NCBI GenBank assembly: GCA_037137655.1
Contig: JBAXJX010000001.1
Location: 353,188-417,187, forward strand
From: Candidatus Falkowbacteria bacterium
GTDB lineage: Bacteria; Patescibacteriota; Patescibacteriia; Patescibacteriales; UBA12465
DNA length: 64,000 nt
Direction of reading: 5' to 3'
The notes under the pieces were generated by a model, which was not told the origin of the DNA, did not search any database, and saw only the letters and a list, made by a program, of their open reading frames with translations. A program made the position numbers and the translations under genes. Of this stretch, positions 62,647 to 64,000 are shown one piece after another. Each line of letters begins with the position of its first letter. The first letter of the stretch is position 1.

Positions 62647-63525
62647 CTACTGACAAGTGTAAGTTGTGGAAGCTACTTTTTCTGAAAAAATAGAACCTTT
62701 TTTATAAATTTTAGCGGTGTAAGTGCGGGTTTTTCCTTTCAAAAAATCACCCTGCTCTTCACCACCAGTATCCACGCTCCAAGTGCTTGTCTCTGGTTGT
62801 CCTTCCTGGCGCGTACAAGTATCACCAACTGCTATCCATGCGCCAGACGAATAAGTCCAATCACCACAAGACCACTTATCATCTGACCAAACAAGTATCG
62901 GCAATTCAAGTCGCGTTCCAACTGGCCCCTGAACCGTGCCAGAAGTAATAGCTCTAATATGATTTAAGCTGTTGCCATATTGATCGGTGCCAGTAACAAA
63001 ATCACAAGTGGAAGAAGTGATTTTCACGTCATAAGTAACAACGGCAATAGTTGTGGTGGATGAGGTCGCTTTGTTTTTATCAAAAGCAAGTATTTTTATC
63101 AAATCAGCATTTTTAATTCCCAAACCCAATTGACGCATTATAAGATAAGCGGCCGCCCCATCTTTTAAATAATGAGTATTACCATTAGCATCAATATAAT
63201 AAGCTTCTCCCTTACTTTCTATTTGTAAAAAAATTTTACCTTGATTTTTCTTCGCTAAATTTTTATCGGCTTTAATTTTATCTAAATCTTTATTGGTAAT
63301 ACCAACACCCAAATTACGCATAATGTTATAAGCCGCATCACCGTCAACCATATAATAGCGCTTGCTATCTTTTGGATTTACATACCACGCCTCACCTTTT
63401 GATTCCACCTGCAAAAGAATACGACCTTTTAGTTTTGTCGATAGCTCCTCAGCGCGCAATTGATAAAATGGGATGGATCCCACAAAAATAATGATACCCA
63501 AAAAAACGAATAATTGTTTTTTCAT
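62647..63525 (-). CDS. Secreted protein with two tandem ~57-aa repeats and a Cys-containing C-terminal domain
   Basis: Signal peptide. LKGRILLQVESKGEAWYVNPKDSKRYYMVDGDAAYNIMRNLGVGITNKDL repeats as NQGKIFLQIESKGEAYYIDANGNTHYLKDGAAAYLIMRQLGLGIKNADL. Confidence 0.5.
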   Translation of the reverse strand: MKKQLFVFLGIIIFVGSIPFYQLRAEELSTKLKGRILLQVESKGEAWYVNPKDSKRYYMVDGDAAYNIMRNLGVGITNKDLDKIKADKNLAKKNQGKIFLQIESKGEAYYIDANGNTHYLKDGAAAYLIMRQLGLGIKNADLIKILAFDKNKATSSTTTIAVVTYDVKITSSTCDFVTGTDQYGNSLNHIRAITSGTVQGPVGTRLELPILVWSDDKWSCGDWTYSSGAWIAVGDTCTRQEGQPETSTWSVDTGGEEQGDFLKGKTRTYTAKIYKKGSIFSEKVASTTYTCQ

Positions 63526-63541
63526 AGTTTTATTTTTAAAT

Positions 63542-64000
63542 TTATAAAGACTTTTTATTTAATTTCAAAAAATCAAAACTTATAAACACTGCCGCCGCGA
63601 TAAGCGCCATGATACCACCAAAAACAAAGGGTGCGCTCGGGCTCAATAAATTCCATAGCCAACCAGCAATAAATGAAGCCAGGAAAGCACATAATCCCAC
63701 AACCGTTTGATAAGCACCAAAAGCTGTCCCGGATTGCGTCGCCGGCACAATTGTAGAAATATAACTTCGCGACACACCATCTGTTAAAGCCATATACAAT
63801 CCGTATAATGGGAACAAAATCCAAATTAACCAGGCTTGATTTATAAAACCCAAGGCAAAATATACGGCCGCAAATAATATAAAGCCAAAAGTTAAAACTT
63901 TTTTAGAGCCAATTTTATCAGCTACCGCGCCAGCCGGATAGGAAAAAATAGAATAAGCAAAATTAAATAAAACGTAAGATAAAATTGTAAGCGTCAACGA
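63542..64000 (-). CDS. MFS transporter, C-terminal part (gene continues beyond the window end)
   Basis: The frame is open to base 64000. About 4 TM helices with an MFS-like loop (ALTDGVSRSYIS). The track start at 63997 is only a TTG. Confidence 0.7.
   Translation of the reverse strand, partial: SLTLTILSYVLFNFAYSIFSYPAGAVADKIGSKKVLTFGFILFAAVYFALGFINQAWLIWILFPLYGLYMALTDGVSRSYISTIVPATQSGTAFGAYQTVVGLCAFLASFIAGWLWNLLSPSAPFVFGGIMALIAAAVFISFDFLKLNKKSL

Noticed and set aside
1-64000. Possibility of an alternative genetic code (UGA recoding, as in some candidate phyla).
   Set aside because: Well-known proteins (UvrA, PyrG, MetG, GlyRS, NrdA, PilB) translate full-length and uninterrupted under the standard table. 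The stops I inspected are TAA or TAG. I did not tabulate all stop codons, so absence of UGA use as a stop is not demonstrated.
1-64000. Searched the translations for known defence systems (restriction-modification, toxin-antitoxin, Cas, reverse transcriptases/retrons/DGR, abortive-infection ATPases).
   Set aside because: None recognised. The only nuclease-like stand-alone gene is a DnaQ-type exonuclease (51480-52109) with no partner genes.

Overview
AT-rich, densely coded bacterial chromosome segment with about 70 CDS. I recognised no rRNA, tRNA, CRISPR array or transposase. The gene content suggests a reduced-genome Patescibacteria/CPR-like organism, but that is inference: short UvrC, many pilin-like genes, secreted wall hydrolases, few biosynthetic genes. 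Housekeeping genes include uvrA (5' partial), uvrC, alr, a ftsQ-like gene, pyrG, metG, rsmI, tsaC, secE-nusG-rplK-rplA, uppP, glyQS, nrdAB, pyrC, a pyrD-like gene and an msrB-msrA fusion. The main accessory block is a roughly 19 kb run of minus-strand genes (51.3 to 32.2 kb). In transcription order it holds: an orphan solute-binding protein, a HAMP-only membrane protein, a dCache histidine kinase, an ECF sigma module with secreted Lys/Ala-rich repeat proteins, a second histidine kinase, two single-domain response regulators, pilB, pilC and five pilin-like genes. Two of those pilin-like genes are tandem ~580-aa paralogues. Each joins a prepilin N-terminus to a large repeat domain that looks like a beta-propeller. 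This pair is my best candidate for an undescribed system. Other notable items: (1) a dif-like site just upstream of a Xer-type recombinase, at the point where gene orientation switches from mostly + to mostly -; (2) a 408-aa pilin with a very glycine-rich C-terminal domain, lying between the msrB-msrA fusion and a TspO that lacks TM1; (3) a GT26(TagA/WecB)-Nudix fusion; (4) a CorA homologue with SMS in place of the GMN motif; (5) possible operator boxes on the nrdAB promoter; (6) a possible L1-binding mimic between rplK and rplA. All calls come from reading the sequence and the ORF translations. No database search was run.
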